A stretch of 63,313 nt of DNA, counting the filler, from Intoshia linei (Eukaryota; Animalia; Orthonectida), in assembly GCA_001642005.1 (NCBI GenBank). It is 6 parts of 6 records of this genome, joined end to end, with 100 filler letters (N's around TTAATTAATTAA, not from the genome) between each part and the next. Parts side by side here need not be neighbours in the genome. Positions count along the whole stretch, not along the records: positions 9,658 to 28,544 come from LWCA01000763.1; 5 more parts are not named here. One strand, written 5' to 3'. Positions 12,621 through 25,400 of this stretch are shown in pieces. The notes under the pieces are model-generated. The model ran no database searches, had not been told where the DNA came from, and saw only the letters and a program-made list of their open reading frames with translations. The position numbers were made by a program, and so were the translations under genes. How positions within the stretch are numbered: position 1 is the stretch's first letter; the number at the start of each line of letters is the position of its first letter.

Positions 12621-13779
12621 CAGGCTAATTTTTTTCTGGATCAATTCTTTCGGTAACGAGGAATTTTTTATAAATAATGTATATGTTGCATTGAATGTGT
12701 ATAACTAAAATGTACACATTCCATGAGAAACTCGTAGAATGTGTGCATTTCATGGATAAGTCATAGAATGTGTAAAATTATCTATAGCAGTGCATCACAT
12801 AAGGTCACTGATCACCAACTATTAGGAGAAAGAATCACTGAATACAACCCTAAACATTAAATTCCAATTTTACCAACCCTTGAGGAAAAAATTCATTTTA
12901 TCTGAATCAATTGAAAAATAATCACCAATATTCAATCCGAAAAAGAAAAAATTAAATTTTATGAAGTTTTTTTATATATTAATCATATGGGGAGTTTTTA
13001 TTATTTTTTATTTTATTTTATTTTAATTTATACTTGCCTATGGAATGTGTACATTTCACAGTTATACGCATTCAATGCAACATATATATTAAAACTGTTC
13101 CGATTGGGGTCAAAAATTATATGCCTTGGGGTCCGTGAGAATAAAATAAAATATAGAAAAATTTTGATCAATTTTTTTATATTTTTATAGATGAATTTTT
13201 ATATTTATTACAGAGTTTCTAGAATCTAGATATTGATTATCACTAGACTAAAGCTTAGACGACCGCTACATTATTATTTCAAAATACCCTTTATCCAATA
13301 TTTTTTTGAAAAATCTACTTAATCAAACTCCAAAATAAAAATCCAATTTTACCAACACTTTAAGGAAATGTCCTCTTTTTCCAATATTTATTTAATAAAC
13401 ACGATTTTACTAAATTTTATGATGGAAAACCTTTAATTTTTTCATCAATGTTTTATATTTCATGTTTGCCTTGGGGTCCAAAAAAATACAACAACTGCAT
13501 TAAAACAATTAAAAAATGAATATATTTCGATTTTCATCCTCTTAACCTATATTTGCAGGTCGTTTCATTTCATATAATTAATAATAAAGCTTTATTATTA
13601 TCATTAATCAAGAAGAAAATAAAATGTTATATGTATCTAACGTGTTTAATTTTTAACCGAAAAAACATTAGTATAATTATAATTATTATGTTAGTTATTT
13701 TAATTTAACATTTAACGGAATTTTTGTATTCACAGCCCGTTAATCAGTAATTTTTTTCCGTTAAATAGGAATTAACCTG
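12621..13779 (+). mobile_element. Composite pogo-like MITE carrying a hAT MITE (13095-13497) and a further TIR element (12684-13082)
   Basis: Ends CAGGCTAATT / AATTAACCTG|TA; colinear with 48361-49281 in reverse orientation. hAT flanked by TATTAAAA/CATTAAAA. Inner element has ~45-bp TIRs starting TGTTGCATTGAATG. Confidence 0.75.
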
Positions 13780-13951
13780 TAAATATACCTGTAATGTACT
13801 AGTTTCAATACTCATTTACTTGTAGTCTTGAATGATTATGATGGGTTAATGTTAAATGTTATCCTATTTTTGGTTCATGGCTAATGATTTCATGCAGATT
13901 AAGAAACTTTTACTTTACTGTATTTCTTTATTTACGAAATTAGCTTGAATA

Positions 13952-14880
13952 TTATGTACTTCGTACAAACAACATCCACATACACATACAACTGTACCAT
14001 GTGTAATTTTTTTTAAATTCTAGGGCTGTTTTCATTTTAAAAAAAATGGTAATCTGGGTTTTGATCGTGAAAATTATGTTGAGGTTTCCATTTATGATAA
14101 TGTTTATGATTTTAAAAACTATCCCAGAATTTATGTTTAAAACAAAAGGGTAATTTGGAGTTTTGACCATGAAGGCATGCGTTTTTGAGGTTGTATTAAA
14201 AATGTTTTGAAAATAAGAATTTGAAATTTAAAAATTGCGTAGCAATGAAAAAAGTTCCGAAGGAATGAATTATATAGATTTTGACCCATATTTCTTTATT
14301 GGAAATGTGTAGACGTTCAATGCACATTTTTTTTGAATTGTAGATTTACATTTTCATTTTTGATTTTTAATTGATTTATTTGAAAAATATTGGTTGAATA
14401 TATTAATAATTATTTTTCATCGGGAATGCGTAGATTTATAGGGTTGAAATTTTGTATTTTTATCAATAACTGGAATAACTTTTTTTTAATGTTTGGACTG
14501 TTAATTGTTTCACATTTCATGTTTTAATAAAATATTTAGGAAAAAAAATATATAAATACTAAAATGCTTTTTTGACCGTGAAGTCGTCAATTATTCGAAT
14601 TGAAATTTTTTGTGTGTGTTAACAGGATATAACTATTACCTGTAAATTTTTTTAAATTCTAGGGCTGTTTTCATTAAAAAAAGAAGGGTAATTTGGGATT
14701 TTGGCCCTCAAGATATAATATTTTTAAATTTAAATTTATGATAATGTTTATGATTTTAAAATGTGTATCAGCGTGTATATTTTTTTAAATTATCCAACTC
14801 GTTTGATTTTCAAAAAGAGGGACAACTGGGGTTTTTGACCCGTAAGATGTGAAATTGGGAGGTTGAAATTTATCTTATTT
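13952..14880 (-). mobile_element. Helitron-like element (degenerate, multiple internal subrepeats)
   Basis: TTATGTACTTCGTACAAAC 3'-end remnant followed by family subrepeats shared with 18360-19125, 27060-27603, 42520-43386. Confidence 0.7.
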
Positions 14881-15299
14881 CTTATTTCTTATTATATTAT
14901 ATTATCTTATTTATCTTATCTCAAAATTATATACATTTATTTTTTATAATCAATTAAATAGTTTGCCCTCGGCAGAACCAGTTGCTGTTTGTACTGTAAA
15001 TCTAATAAAAAATAACATAAACAATGTAAAAATTAAATGAAACAAATGTTTTGTTCAATATCAAATTTATTTCATTCGCACTTTATTAAAATTAAAAAAC
15101 TAAATATTCTTGTGACTTTACTTTAAGTGTCTGATATACTATATCATAAATTGTGATTCATAACCCAAATCGAGTTCAATCTTGTATTAAATTTAATGTT
15201 TATGTTATTTAATGATGTATTCAGTGTAGTTTAATATTTTTTTGATTAAAATTTTATGTACATTGTATACTGCAAAATGTAATGTATTGATAATTTAGT

Positions 15300-17519
15300 A
15301 TGGACGAATTAGACAGAAAACGAAAAACCGATGACATTGAAAATCCAAATAAAAAACTAATTTGCACTGAAAATTATTTGGAAACTGAAAAAATACAATA
15401 TAGTCAAATAAAATCATGTCTAAACCCACTAAAATTTTCAAATTTTGATAATATTAATGAAACCAAAACTGAAATGGTAAAATTTAAAGTACCCGAAAAC
15501 ATTAACGAAAATATAACTGAAAACAAAAAAGCTTCTACGGACCAACTAAACATGTTGGTAAATAAATCTAGCAACATATTTAAAGGTATTGAATCTACAT
15601 TTCCAACATATGCTGGAAAAATTGCGGCAGAAAATTCAGATATTAAAAATTTAAACTGTACAAATACCACTAATACAAATTTAATGGAAAAAATTTGTAA
15701 AGAGAGGCGTACCACTAGAACATTTGATAAAAGTGCAGTAGAACGGGAAAATAAAAAGTTAAATTTATTTTTATTATATTTGGATGAAAATGACACAAAA
15801 AAATTTAGCAACAAGGTGATACATCGATGTGAAATTTGTAAGCGTGAATTTAATGAAATTGTAAGATTGTGGCGACACCGACATGAACATGGCATAGAAA
15901 GACCGTATACATGTCCAATATGCTTTTATGGTTTTCATAGTACATATAAGATACGCCGGCATTTATTTGTGCACAGTGTGGACAAAAAGTGTGTATGTAA
16001 AATATGTGGAGCGTCTTTTGATAAAAGAGGTAAATTGGTGACACATTTGAATAACAATTGTTTATCAGTCTCATATCAAGATATAAATGAAAATTGTTTG
16101 AAGAATAACGTGCAAAATTTAGCAAATTTTTCCAATCAACAGCAAAATGTAGCTTTTGACAGCCCAGTCAGTCGAGAATATGGTAATTTGAATGCGAATT
16201 ATTCAAACATGTATTATGGTACAACTAACCAACCAAACATTTTTAATATGAATTTATACCAGGAACAACAAAACTCTTCCATGCCTTTCCAATCTTGGCT
16301 GAATAACACGTTTTCCCATTATTGGAAACAAAACCCCATTAACTCCAATTCAAATTCAAATTCCAATACAAATGACATGTTCAACAATTTAGACAACTCT
16401 ATTGAAAAACAAAAACCTTTGACATTTACCAAATTAAAAAACGAAAACGGGTTTGACAGTTTTGACATTAAGGAAGACTCTAAACTTTGTGGTATTAATA
16501 ATGGTTTAGTGAAGTGTCAAGTTTGTAAAAAAGAAATTCACAAAAAAAATCTAAATCGTCATATGGAAACTCATTCAGATTTCTACAGCTATGCTTGCAC
16601 TGCTTGTAGTTATAAAACACGAAGACTGGAAACGTTACGCACGCATTTACAAAAAAGACACAAAGACGAGATTAATTTAAATGACGTCATTTTGAGTAAC
16701 GAATGCAGAAAATTGTTGAATTTTGAATATTGCAAAGCGCTCGAAAGTGATTTATTCAAGTACATAATAAAACAAAACGAAGATGTCGCTCCACTAAAAG
16801 ATGATGCATCAAATTTCAACGATTCTAGTATATTGTGTGCCGGTTGTTGTAAATGTTTTTCAAAAGAAAATATCCACATCCATAAATGTCAAAATTTAAA
16901 CACTGGGTCATCGTTAGACTTGAAAAAATTGGAAAATTCAGATAATAAAACAAAAAAATCACTGAATGATATCATTAGTAAACTTAATTCCAATGCATCG
17001 TATCCCACAGCCGATAGTAGCATAGTTACTTCAAATGGAACTCAAAATGAAAACCAAAATATGCACCGCAATCCCACCGATAAAGAACAATCAACATGTT
17101 CTCTTTGTAGTCAAAAGTTTGAAAATAGTTTTTATATGAGAAACCATTATTTTCAATTTCATCCCAAAGAATACTTTTCACTTAAACAATTATTATTTTC
17201 TCTCATTCTTACCAATGGAATGCAGGTTGAAAATAAAATTATTGAAAAATACAAATCCTACATTTTACAATCTTTTGGTTTTACAATTAATGAACAATTT
17301 ATTATTGAACAAAGCCTCGAAAAAATTATTAATCTTAGTTTTACAGAGTTGAAGGAGTCTAATAGATTTGCACGTGTTTTTTGTGTTTTAAATAACACTG
17401 TAGACAATTATATGATTATTCAAAGTCAAATGATTCCTAAAATTGGATTTGACAAGTGTCCCTTTATTAAAATTAAACCGCATGTCAATTCTATTAAAGA
17501 CAAAAATTTAAAAATGTGA
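15300..17519 (+). CDS. C2H2 zinc-finger protein (739 aa, single coding exon, ~6 fingers in separated clusters)
   Basis: CEICKREF..LWRHRHEHGIERPYTCPICFYGF...HLFVH; CKICGASF..; CQVC...HMETH; CTAC...HLQKRH; CSLC...HYFQFH. Confidence 0.9.
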   Translation: MDELDRKRKTDDIENPNKKLICTENYLETEKIQYSQIKSCLNPLKFSNFDNINETKTEMVKFKVPENINENITENKKASTDQLNMLVNKSSNIFKGIESTFPTYAGKIAAENSDIKNLNCTNTTNTNLMEKICKERRTTRTFDKSAVERENKKLNLFLLYLDENDTKKFSNKVIHRCEICKREFNEIVRLWRHRHEHGIERPYTCPICFYGFHSTYKIRRHLFVHSVDKKCVCKICGASFDKRGKLVTHLNNNCLSVSYQDINENCLKNNVQNLANFSNQQQNVAFDSPVSREYGNLNANYSNMYYGTTNQPNIFNMNLYQEQQNSSMPFQSWLNNTFSHYWKQNPINSNSNSNSNTNDMFNNLDNSIEKQKPLTFTKLKNENGFDSFDIKEDSKLCGINNGLVKCQVCKKEIHKKNLNRHMETHSDFYSYACTACSYKTRRLETLRTHLQKRHKDEINLNDVILSNECRKLLNFEYCKALESDLFKYIIKQNEDVAPLKDDASNFNDSSILCAGCCKCFSKENIHIHKCQNLNTGSSLDLKKLENSDNKTKKSLNDIISKLNSNASYPTADSSIVTSNGTQNENQNMHRNPTDKEQSTCSLCSQKFENSFYMRNHYFQFHPKEYFSLKQLLFSLILTNGMQVENKIIEKYKSYILQSFGFTINEQFIIEQSLEKIINLSFTELKESNRFARVFCVLNNTVDNYMIIQSQMIPKIGFDKCPFIKIKPHVNSIKDKNLKM

Positions 17520-17844
17520 ACTTTAAGTCTCTTATTACCAATACTCATTACCATGTTTATAAATATTATTTATTCATGTTAAATTATTATTAAATTATTT
17601 TTACTTTTATTAAATTTTTATTATACAAAATATTCTAGAATTTATCGTTTTGATTTTAATTTTCATTATTGGCGAGTCTATGTCGCAAGTTCGCAACTAA
17701 TGATAAATACAAGTGCATTGGATTCTGACTTGTTTATGGAACATTATATTTGATTATATCCTAGTAGCCGTATGGTAATTTTTAGGGAACAGTCATTTTA
17801 AACTTTAAAATTTATTAAATTGAAAAAATTAAAAATACATTATA

Positions 17845-18203
17845 CAGTCAAAATCTCATTTAACGAATGTTTTGTTTAACGAATTTTTGATTAACGAACG
17901 CGTAAATTAAATATTATTTTATTTTTTTATTAATTTTTTTAAATATTGTTATGGTTTTATGGCTTTAAATATTAGATCGTTTCTTTTAAGTCATGGAATC
18001 TTTTTATTTATATAAAATTATAATGAATTATCAATGTAAGATATTATTATAATAAAAATTTTAATTATTTGTTCATATTAAATATACTTTTGATAAATTT
18101 AAGATATGTGTGCAGCAGCACATTTCTAATGTTTTCGTTAAATTCATTTAACAAATATGCGATTTTAACGTTTTACCATTTTCGTTAAATGAGATTTTGA
18201 CTG
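17845..18203. mobile_element. pogo/Tigger-like MITE
   Basis: Perfect 23-bp TIR CAGTCAAAATCTCATTTAACGAA flanked by TA on both sides. A TIR fragment also occurs at ~56825. Confidence 0.9.
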
Positions 18204-18359
18204 TATTATATTATAAATTGAAAAATTAGTTATTTCATTAATAATATAATATAATAATATAAACAAGGTTTATAAATAAAAATTAATCAGGCGAATAATA
18301 GTGGTTTGACTATAACACGGTGCAACACTGAAAAATGTAACATGTCAAAATATACATCA

Positions 18360-19125
18360 CTAGTTGACTGTTATGTACTACGTACAAACAGCATCTAGCT
18401 CTGCCGAGGGTTATATTTGTTGGTAATAAATTAAAAAGTATTTTTCACCGAGAATAAGTAAATTTCTGAGGTTAAAATTTTGTATTTATATCAACTGGAA
18501 TAAGCTGTATCAAATTAATCTTTTTTTAAATGTACGACCATTCATTATTTAAATTTTTTGTTCAAATAAATTAGTTTCGAAATAAAAAAAAAATAAATAT
18601 TAAAGTGCTTTTTTGACCATGAAGGTGTCACTTAATCAGATTGAAATTTTTTGTGTGTGTTAACAGGATATAACAGTATCATCTGTAAGATTTTTAAAAA
18701 ATTCTAGGGCTGTTTTCATTTTTAAAAAAAAAGTATAATCTGGGTTTTTGACCGTGAAAATTACCTTTTCTGAAATTACATTATGATAATGCTTATGAAT
18801 TTAAAAACGGTTCCAGAATTAATGTTGTATACAATTATAAGACTCTCTTAATTTTTACGAAAAAAGATTATTTGGGGTTTTGGCCGTGAAGATATAAGAT
18901 TTTGATATTAAAATTTATTATGACATTGATTCATCATAAAATTTAAAACTGTTTATTAGAATATGTATTTTTTATAACTCTAGGATGGTTTGAATTTAAA
19001 AACAAAGGACAATTGTGGTTTTAACCTTGAAGTACTCAATTTCTGAAATTGAAATTTGCTATAAAACATTCACCTGGAAAAACTGTTATAAGAATATGGA
19101 ATTTGTAAAAGTCGACTCACCTTAC
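18360..19125 (-). mobile_element. Helitron-like element
   Basis: CTAG|T terminus, hairpin and CCCTCGGCAGAGCTAG motif, then about five diverged ~130-bp subrepeats. Confidence 0.75.
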
Positions 19126-19189
19126 GTTCTTAAATAAACTGGAACAAATAAACTGACATACATTTTGACGTGCTAATTCATATTATCAG

Positions 19190-20352
19190 TAATCGTGTCA
19201 TCAGCAGTCATTTCATAATAAAGCTATTTCATCAGCAATTCATATTTTCAGTATTTTCTCATTAGTTTTATGACAATTGCTTTAATAATTTGTAATTTAA
19301 GACGGTTAATTTATATTAAATATAATTAGTATTAAATTTAATTGATTATGACATATTTTATATATTGGTGGTAGAATCTTTCCAAGAAAAAAAAAAGGAA
19401 CATATTTTGTCTAGAAAATCTTCAGGATATCTCTTAAGTCACTCGAATTATAAAATAAACATCATATTTCCAGATATAATATTCCAGAGGTACTCGGTTC
19501 GGATCCTTACCTGTCAAATTTTTCAGAGAAATCAAAATACTGCATATTCAAGAGGATGGAGATATAAAAAGATACCGTCCAACATAAATGGTCAGAGAGA
19601 AGGTAGGAAACGGTAGGGAGAGGAGAGAGATAGAATACTTTTATTTTAAAACACTTATTTTTTAAATTGAAGTTGATAATTTTTAAAATGACATCTCTTA
19701 TTGCTCGCTCTTGGGATGCTCGCTGTTCGTACACGACACTGATTATTCAATATTTAATAATTAAAAAATTGTGTTAATTATAAAAAAAATATATTTATTA
19801 CTGTCACTTCTTATATCAGTGGATCCCAAACTTGTTATAAAATTATCCCCTTACAACCAAAAAATTGATTAACGCTCCACTCTATCAATCTAAAATCGTT
19901 TTTTGGGTATACAGTGTTTTTATAATCGCCCTAATGGCCCCCAGCTGAAAATCACCCTTTGGGGCTAACATATTGTTCATTCAAAACTTGACAACTTCAC
20001 CTATCTGTTATCGATTTCTGAGAAAAAATGTATTTATTCCTAATTATACAAAAATAAGCAATACATTATACAATGTATTCAAATGTATATTCAGCCGGAA
20101 TTATAAACAAGATTAAATTTTCAAAGATAATACTTAAATAACAACAAATCTCAAAAGGATTATTTTTAATTGAAAAATAATTTTAATCTTGTCGATAACA
20201 ATACAGATTGTGAGATCAAAATAAATTAAAAATACATATAAAATAATTTTTAAAATAGAAAATGTATTAAAATTACTGATGAGAATGAAACTGATAAGAA
20301 AAAACTGATAATATGAATTACTGATGAGATGATTGCTGATGACATGATTAAT
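19190..20352. mobile_element. Foldback/MULE-like element with long subrepeated TIRs
   Basis: 19190-19270 and 20270-20352 are imperfect inverted copies built of CTGATGA/TCATCAG units. Confidence 0.6.
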
Positions 20353-20652
20353 GATGATCTGACAGGGAACCAAAATTAAAATCGAAAATTTAACGCAAAA
20401 TAACCGTAAATTAGCCCATACATTAAAGTGGTCAGAAAAAATACGTACTATCCATTTTAATTTATTTGGTGTTAAATGTAAAGCCGAAACTACTTATCCA
20501 TGATGACGAATAAAAAATTCTGGCCACTTTATATATTTTAACCAAAAAGCATACAATGTAACTATTAGTAACATTCATTAATTTAAGTTTAACTTTAATA
20601 AATAACAATTTTTGCTATTGCGATAACACATTAATTTAATTTTAAAACAAAA

Positions 20653-21456
20653 ATGTCTGAACGGAAAGTATTGAATAAATATTACCCACCAAATTACGAC
20701 CCAACAAAGATACCTAAAGGTAAAAGATGCAAAAACCGTATATTTGAAATACGCATAATGGCACCATTCAACATGAAATGTAATACATGCGGAACAATCA
20801 TTCCAAAGGCGAAAAAATTTAATTCTCGCAAAGAGAACGTTGAAGACAAAACCTATTTGGGACTCTTATTGTTTCGATTTTACATACGATGTCCACAATG
20901 CCTAAGCGAGATTGCGTTTAGAACAGACTTGGAACATGGCGATTATGAAATGGAAGCTGGGGCAAAGCGATGCTATGAAGCAACTCGATTAGCTTGGATT
21001 GCAGAAAAAGATAAATTGGAGAAAGAGGCTTTAGAAAACGAAAATAACCCGATGGCTATGGTGGAAAATAGAATGAAACAATCTAAACAAGAAATGGAAA
21101 TTATGGAAAACATTGAAGAATTAAAGGAACGAAGTTGCCAAAATTCTAATTTGACTGCTGATGATTTGTTGGACATGATTGAAATCCCTGAAACTCAAAA
21201 TACTCAAATCGACGAGGAAACGGAATTGATAAAAGAACTTAGTGAAATAAGAAATAATGTTGTTAGATTAAGATCAAATAGTGAGAGTAGTAAGGATAGT
21301 AATTTGGATGAACCTATACAAACAGATACGTTAAGATCAAAAAAAAAAGTTCCTTCGTATTTTCAAGGTATCATGAAAAAAAGAAAAACTGACAGTTCAA
21401 TAAATGAAAATTCAACAAAACAATCTCTAGTTGAAGCTTATTCAGACAGTGACTAA
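20653..21456 (+). CDS. YJU2: Splicing factor YJU2 (CCDC94/Cwc16), intronless
   Basis: MSERKVLNKYYPPNYDP..., MAPFNMKCNTCG, KKFNSRKE, FRFYIRCPQCLSEIAFRTD. Confidence 0.97.
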   Translation: MSERKVLNKYYPPNYDPTKIPKGKRCKNRIFEIRIMAPFNMKCNTCGTIIPKAKKFNSRKENVEDKTYLGLLLFRFYIRCPQCLSEIAFRTDLEHGDYEMEAGAKRCYEATRLAWIAEKDKLEKEALENENNPMAMVENRMKQSKQEMEIMENIEELKERSCQNSNLTADDLLDMIEIPETQNTQIDEETELIKELSEIRNNVVRLRSNSESSKDSNLDEPIQTDTLRSKKKVPSYFQGIMKKRKTDSSINENSTKQSLVEAYSDSD

Positions 21457-21970
21457 ATTTGAGTTTTTTATTATCAGTATTTGTAAATAATGTTAAATAT
21501 AATTATTTTGTTTAGTTTCCACTTGATCTTTTCACTTTTTCATATCCTTTTCAAGTTACAGTCAATTTATTTATTCATAAATCTATTGTTACAATTTCTC
21601 ATTTTACCCAGAAAATTTTATAGTAAATTGAATTACGAACCATGATCAGAGCCGAATTTTTTAAGAAACCTTATTTTTGAATATCAACCATTTTCTGTGC
21701 CAATTTTAAAATGTCAAGTCCAGGCCCGTAAATACGCTTCTAGGGATTACAGTAGACGTTCGAAAAGTGTATATTTGATTGTATCAAAGACCGATTATCT
21801 CATTAAATGTTTAACGTTTTTGAAGTATGCGTCACTAGTTTCAAATCAATATAATGTATGTCATTGCTTATGTATTTACAAAAACGTCTCATTGGAAGTG
21901 GTTATGTGAAGTCCATTAATAAATAATAATTATTTAAGAGAATATTCTTAAACTCAACTATTTTTACTAA

Positions 21971-22190
21971 AAATTCACTTTTACCAACCTTAAAGGGAAA
22001 AACCCACTTTTACCAAACCTTAAGGGAAAAATTTATTTTTATAAACCGTTAAGTGACAATTTCAATCTTGCCAATTCTTAAAGGGAAAATTCCACTTTTA
22101 CCAACCCTAAAACGAAAAATTCAGTCTTACCAACCCTAAAATGAAAGAATCAGTTTTACCAACCCTTAAGTGAAAATTACTATTTGACCA
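21971..22190 (+). repeat. ~29-30-bp minisatellite (about 7 units), same unit as inside the hAT MITE family
   Basis: Units approximate CCAACCCTTAAGGGAAAAATTCACTTTTA, contiguous with no spacers. Confidence 0.85.
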
Positions 22191-22471
22191 ATTATATATT
22201 TATAAAATTTTTGTACCATTAAAAAAGTCCCCTAAGTGCTGTTTGTACGAAGTACATAACAGTCAACCTAGTACGTATTACGTAATAATAATTTCAACAA
22301 TTTTATTTTTAGATAATAAAAAATTTAATGTCCTAATAACTCAAAATTGTACTGAATTGATTTAATTGAATACAATTTTATAACCATAGATCTCGATTCG
22401 AGAATCTATTTGATTATAGTATATCATTTGAAATTAAATTATCGTTTATTTTTTATACAAAATAAAATTTA

Positions 22472-25400
22472 ATGGATAAAATCGTCGAACTAAAAAAAAT
22501 TGCAGACAAATTGAGATATTGGTCAATTAAATCAACATGTGCGTCAAATTCTGGGTATCAATTTCTAATATTTATTTATATTGTCAATATATTCGATATA
22601 TAGTCATCCTACATCATGTTGCTCTATGGCAGAAATTATGTCTTGTCTTTTTTTCAAGGTTATGAAATATGACCCTGAAATTCCTAAACATCCATGCAAT
22701 GACAGATTTGTTTTGTCCAAGGTTAGTTTTATTAAATTGGTATGTCTAATACGCACAAAATCCAGCAATTCAACATTAATAAGTTGGGGTTATCCATATG
22801 TCACTGCATTTTATCATACAATTAACTTGACTGTTTTTTACTTTGTACAAACAGTATTTTTGATCTGCACAGGGCAGACTTTTTCAGATATTTTTTTACA
22901 CATTATCATACGCGTCGCCTAAATTGCAGGTCTTACGAGGAAATCAATTAAAAAGTGCTAAAAATGTTAAATTATGTACATTGTACATTATACATAATAT
23001 ATGTGCATAATTATGCACTACATATCTAATTAATTTTGTTGTATGAGTCGCAGTGCTAAACTTATAACTTATAACATTCTATTTAACGTTTGTTAACATA
23101 CTTTTAATATTTTGTTATAGTCACCTGTGTGGTTATATTGAATTAGTGGAATATTCGAGGTAATACTTTTTTTGGTACGAGTAATTGAAATGTTTACATG
23201 TCTTTATTCAATTGCATCAAGGTCGCAAAACAGTTGAGTAATTTTGTATACTAAAATATTTTTAGTTTTTCATATACGAATCTATCTGAACTTTAAATTT
23301 TTAATTAGAGTGAAATTTTGGTGAAATTTAAAGTTAAAAATATTTTTTAATTAAAAACAATTGGTTATATAATATTTTATAATCAACAAAAGATGGCATG
23401 GTGTCGTTATTTGGAATAATACAAATAAAATGTTCTCTACCTTATCTACTTTCTAAATTTTGATTTGACTTAACCTTAAAGCATATTTTTACAGGTCACT
23501 TAGCTGCCATTTACTGTCAATGTAATATACGTAATATCTAATGTAGTGGTTCCCGATTGGGTTACCTGGTCCTCTTAGGGGTCCAAAACTATGTGCCTAG
23601 GATCCGTGAGATTCAAATAAAACATTAAAAAAAATTAATCAACTTTTGTCTATTTTAATGGGATAATTTTTAATTGCCAGATGTTGAGAATATCCCAAAG
23701 CCTAAATGATCGCTACATTATTATTTTAAAAATCTCACTTTCTTCCCCACCAATAATAAAATTAAATGAAAAATACCATTTAAACCCCTCATGGAAAAAT
23801 CAACTTTTACCGGTATTTTTTTGAAAAATATAATTTTACCAAATCTTCAGAGAAGAACCTTTATTTTTTTCATAAATGTGTTATATTTCATGTTTCCTTT
23901 AGGGTACAAAACTAAATATTTTGAAATGGGATCCGTACACTATTTGAACCGGAACCACTGATGTAATATGTATTACATATCTCAATTTTTTTAATTTTAC
24001 CAACCAAAAAATGAAACCGAGTTAAATATAAAATAGAAATAAAATAGATCTGAGAAAGTTGTCAATTTAGTGGTAAGATTTTAAAAATTCAAATTCCAAT
24101 AAATAAAATTGAACAATCTGCACTTTTATTAATTTTCCATCGAATCTAGTCATGACGTAACTGACACAGCAAGAAAAATTAAAAATGGAGATGATATAAA
24201 CAGAAAAAATATGACAATTATTAGATTTTAATTTAAATCTACCAGTTTATCATTTAAATTTTATTATAATTTAGGGCCACGCTGCACCAATTTTGTATGC
24301 TGCATGGGCTGAAGCCGGACTTTTCCCACATACAGATTTACTGAATTTAAGAAAATTCTCTTCAGATTTGGAAGGTCATCCAACGCCTGTAATGCAAAAA
24401 TAGACATGATTAACGTTAACTTTTTAGAGACTTAGTTTTATAGACGTTGCAACGGGATCACTTGGTCAAGGTATTAATTATGCTTGCGGAATGGCTTACG
24501 CTGGATTAAATGTTGATAAAGCTTTATATCGTGTTTATGTTGTAATTGGCGATGGTGAATCAGCAGAAGGCTCTGTTTGGGAAGCAATTTCATTTGCCGG
24601 TCAAAACATGCTATCAAATATAGTTTTTATATTTGATGTCAATAGACTTGGTCAAAGCGAACCTACGTTTTTGCAACACCAAGTTGAAGATTATGCCAAC
24701 AGAATTAAATCATTTGGGTATAATTTTTAGATTTTTACTTAAATTAATCATTTTCAGTGTCAATCATTATCGTAAAGCGGTTTTTAAAAAACTAAGCCAC
24801 ATTAAATTGGCCATTGGTCAATTTAAAAATATTTATCAGATTCAAGTTTCATCTTGATGGAACTATCTATTTCTTTGCATCAATAATAAAATTATGTTTG
24901 GTTTTTAGAGTTGAAGCCATTTGCGTTGATGGGCATAATGTTGATGAATTGTTACAAGCATTTAATAAGGCTGAAAAATTAAATAAACCCGTTGCATTGA
25001 TTGCAAAAACTTTTAAAGGCAAGGGTATAGAAGGTATACAAGATGAATTGAATTGGCATGGTAAGGCTATTCCTAAAGATAAGGCCGATATCATTTTGAA
25101 AAATTTTGAAGAAAAAAATGACATGTGCACTGATTCTGCTCATTTAATTGCTAAACCAGTATGTAAAAACTGTCCCGCTTTGCCAAATCTTGACAATGTT
25201 CAATTAAAATGCAGTTTTGATAAAGGTAAGCAAATCATATATCTATTGTCTTTTTTTTATACAATATTATATTCCACTTTCATTGTCAATTTAAAATTTT
25301 AGATAAAGAATATTCAACTCGCGAAGTTTATGGTCCCGCGTTAGTTGAAATTAGGGATCAAATTCCAAATTTATTGGCTTTTGATGCAGACACCAAGAAT

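Noticed and set aside
15404-16879. Antisense ORFs within the ZF gene (similarly 39573-39984, 20973-21176, 60014-60247)
   Set aside because: By-products of codon bias on the coding strand.
21971-22190. CRISPR-like repeat array
   Set aside because: No unique spacers, no cas genes, eukaryotic context; it is a minisatellite.
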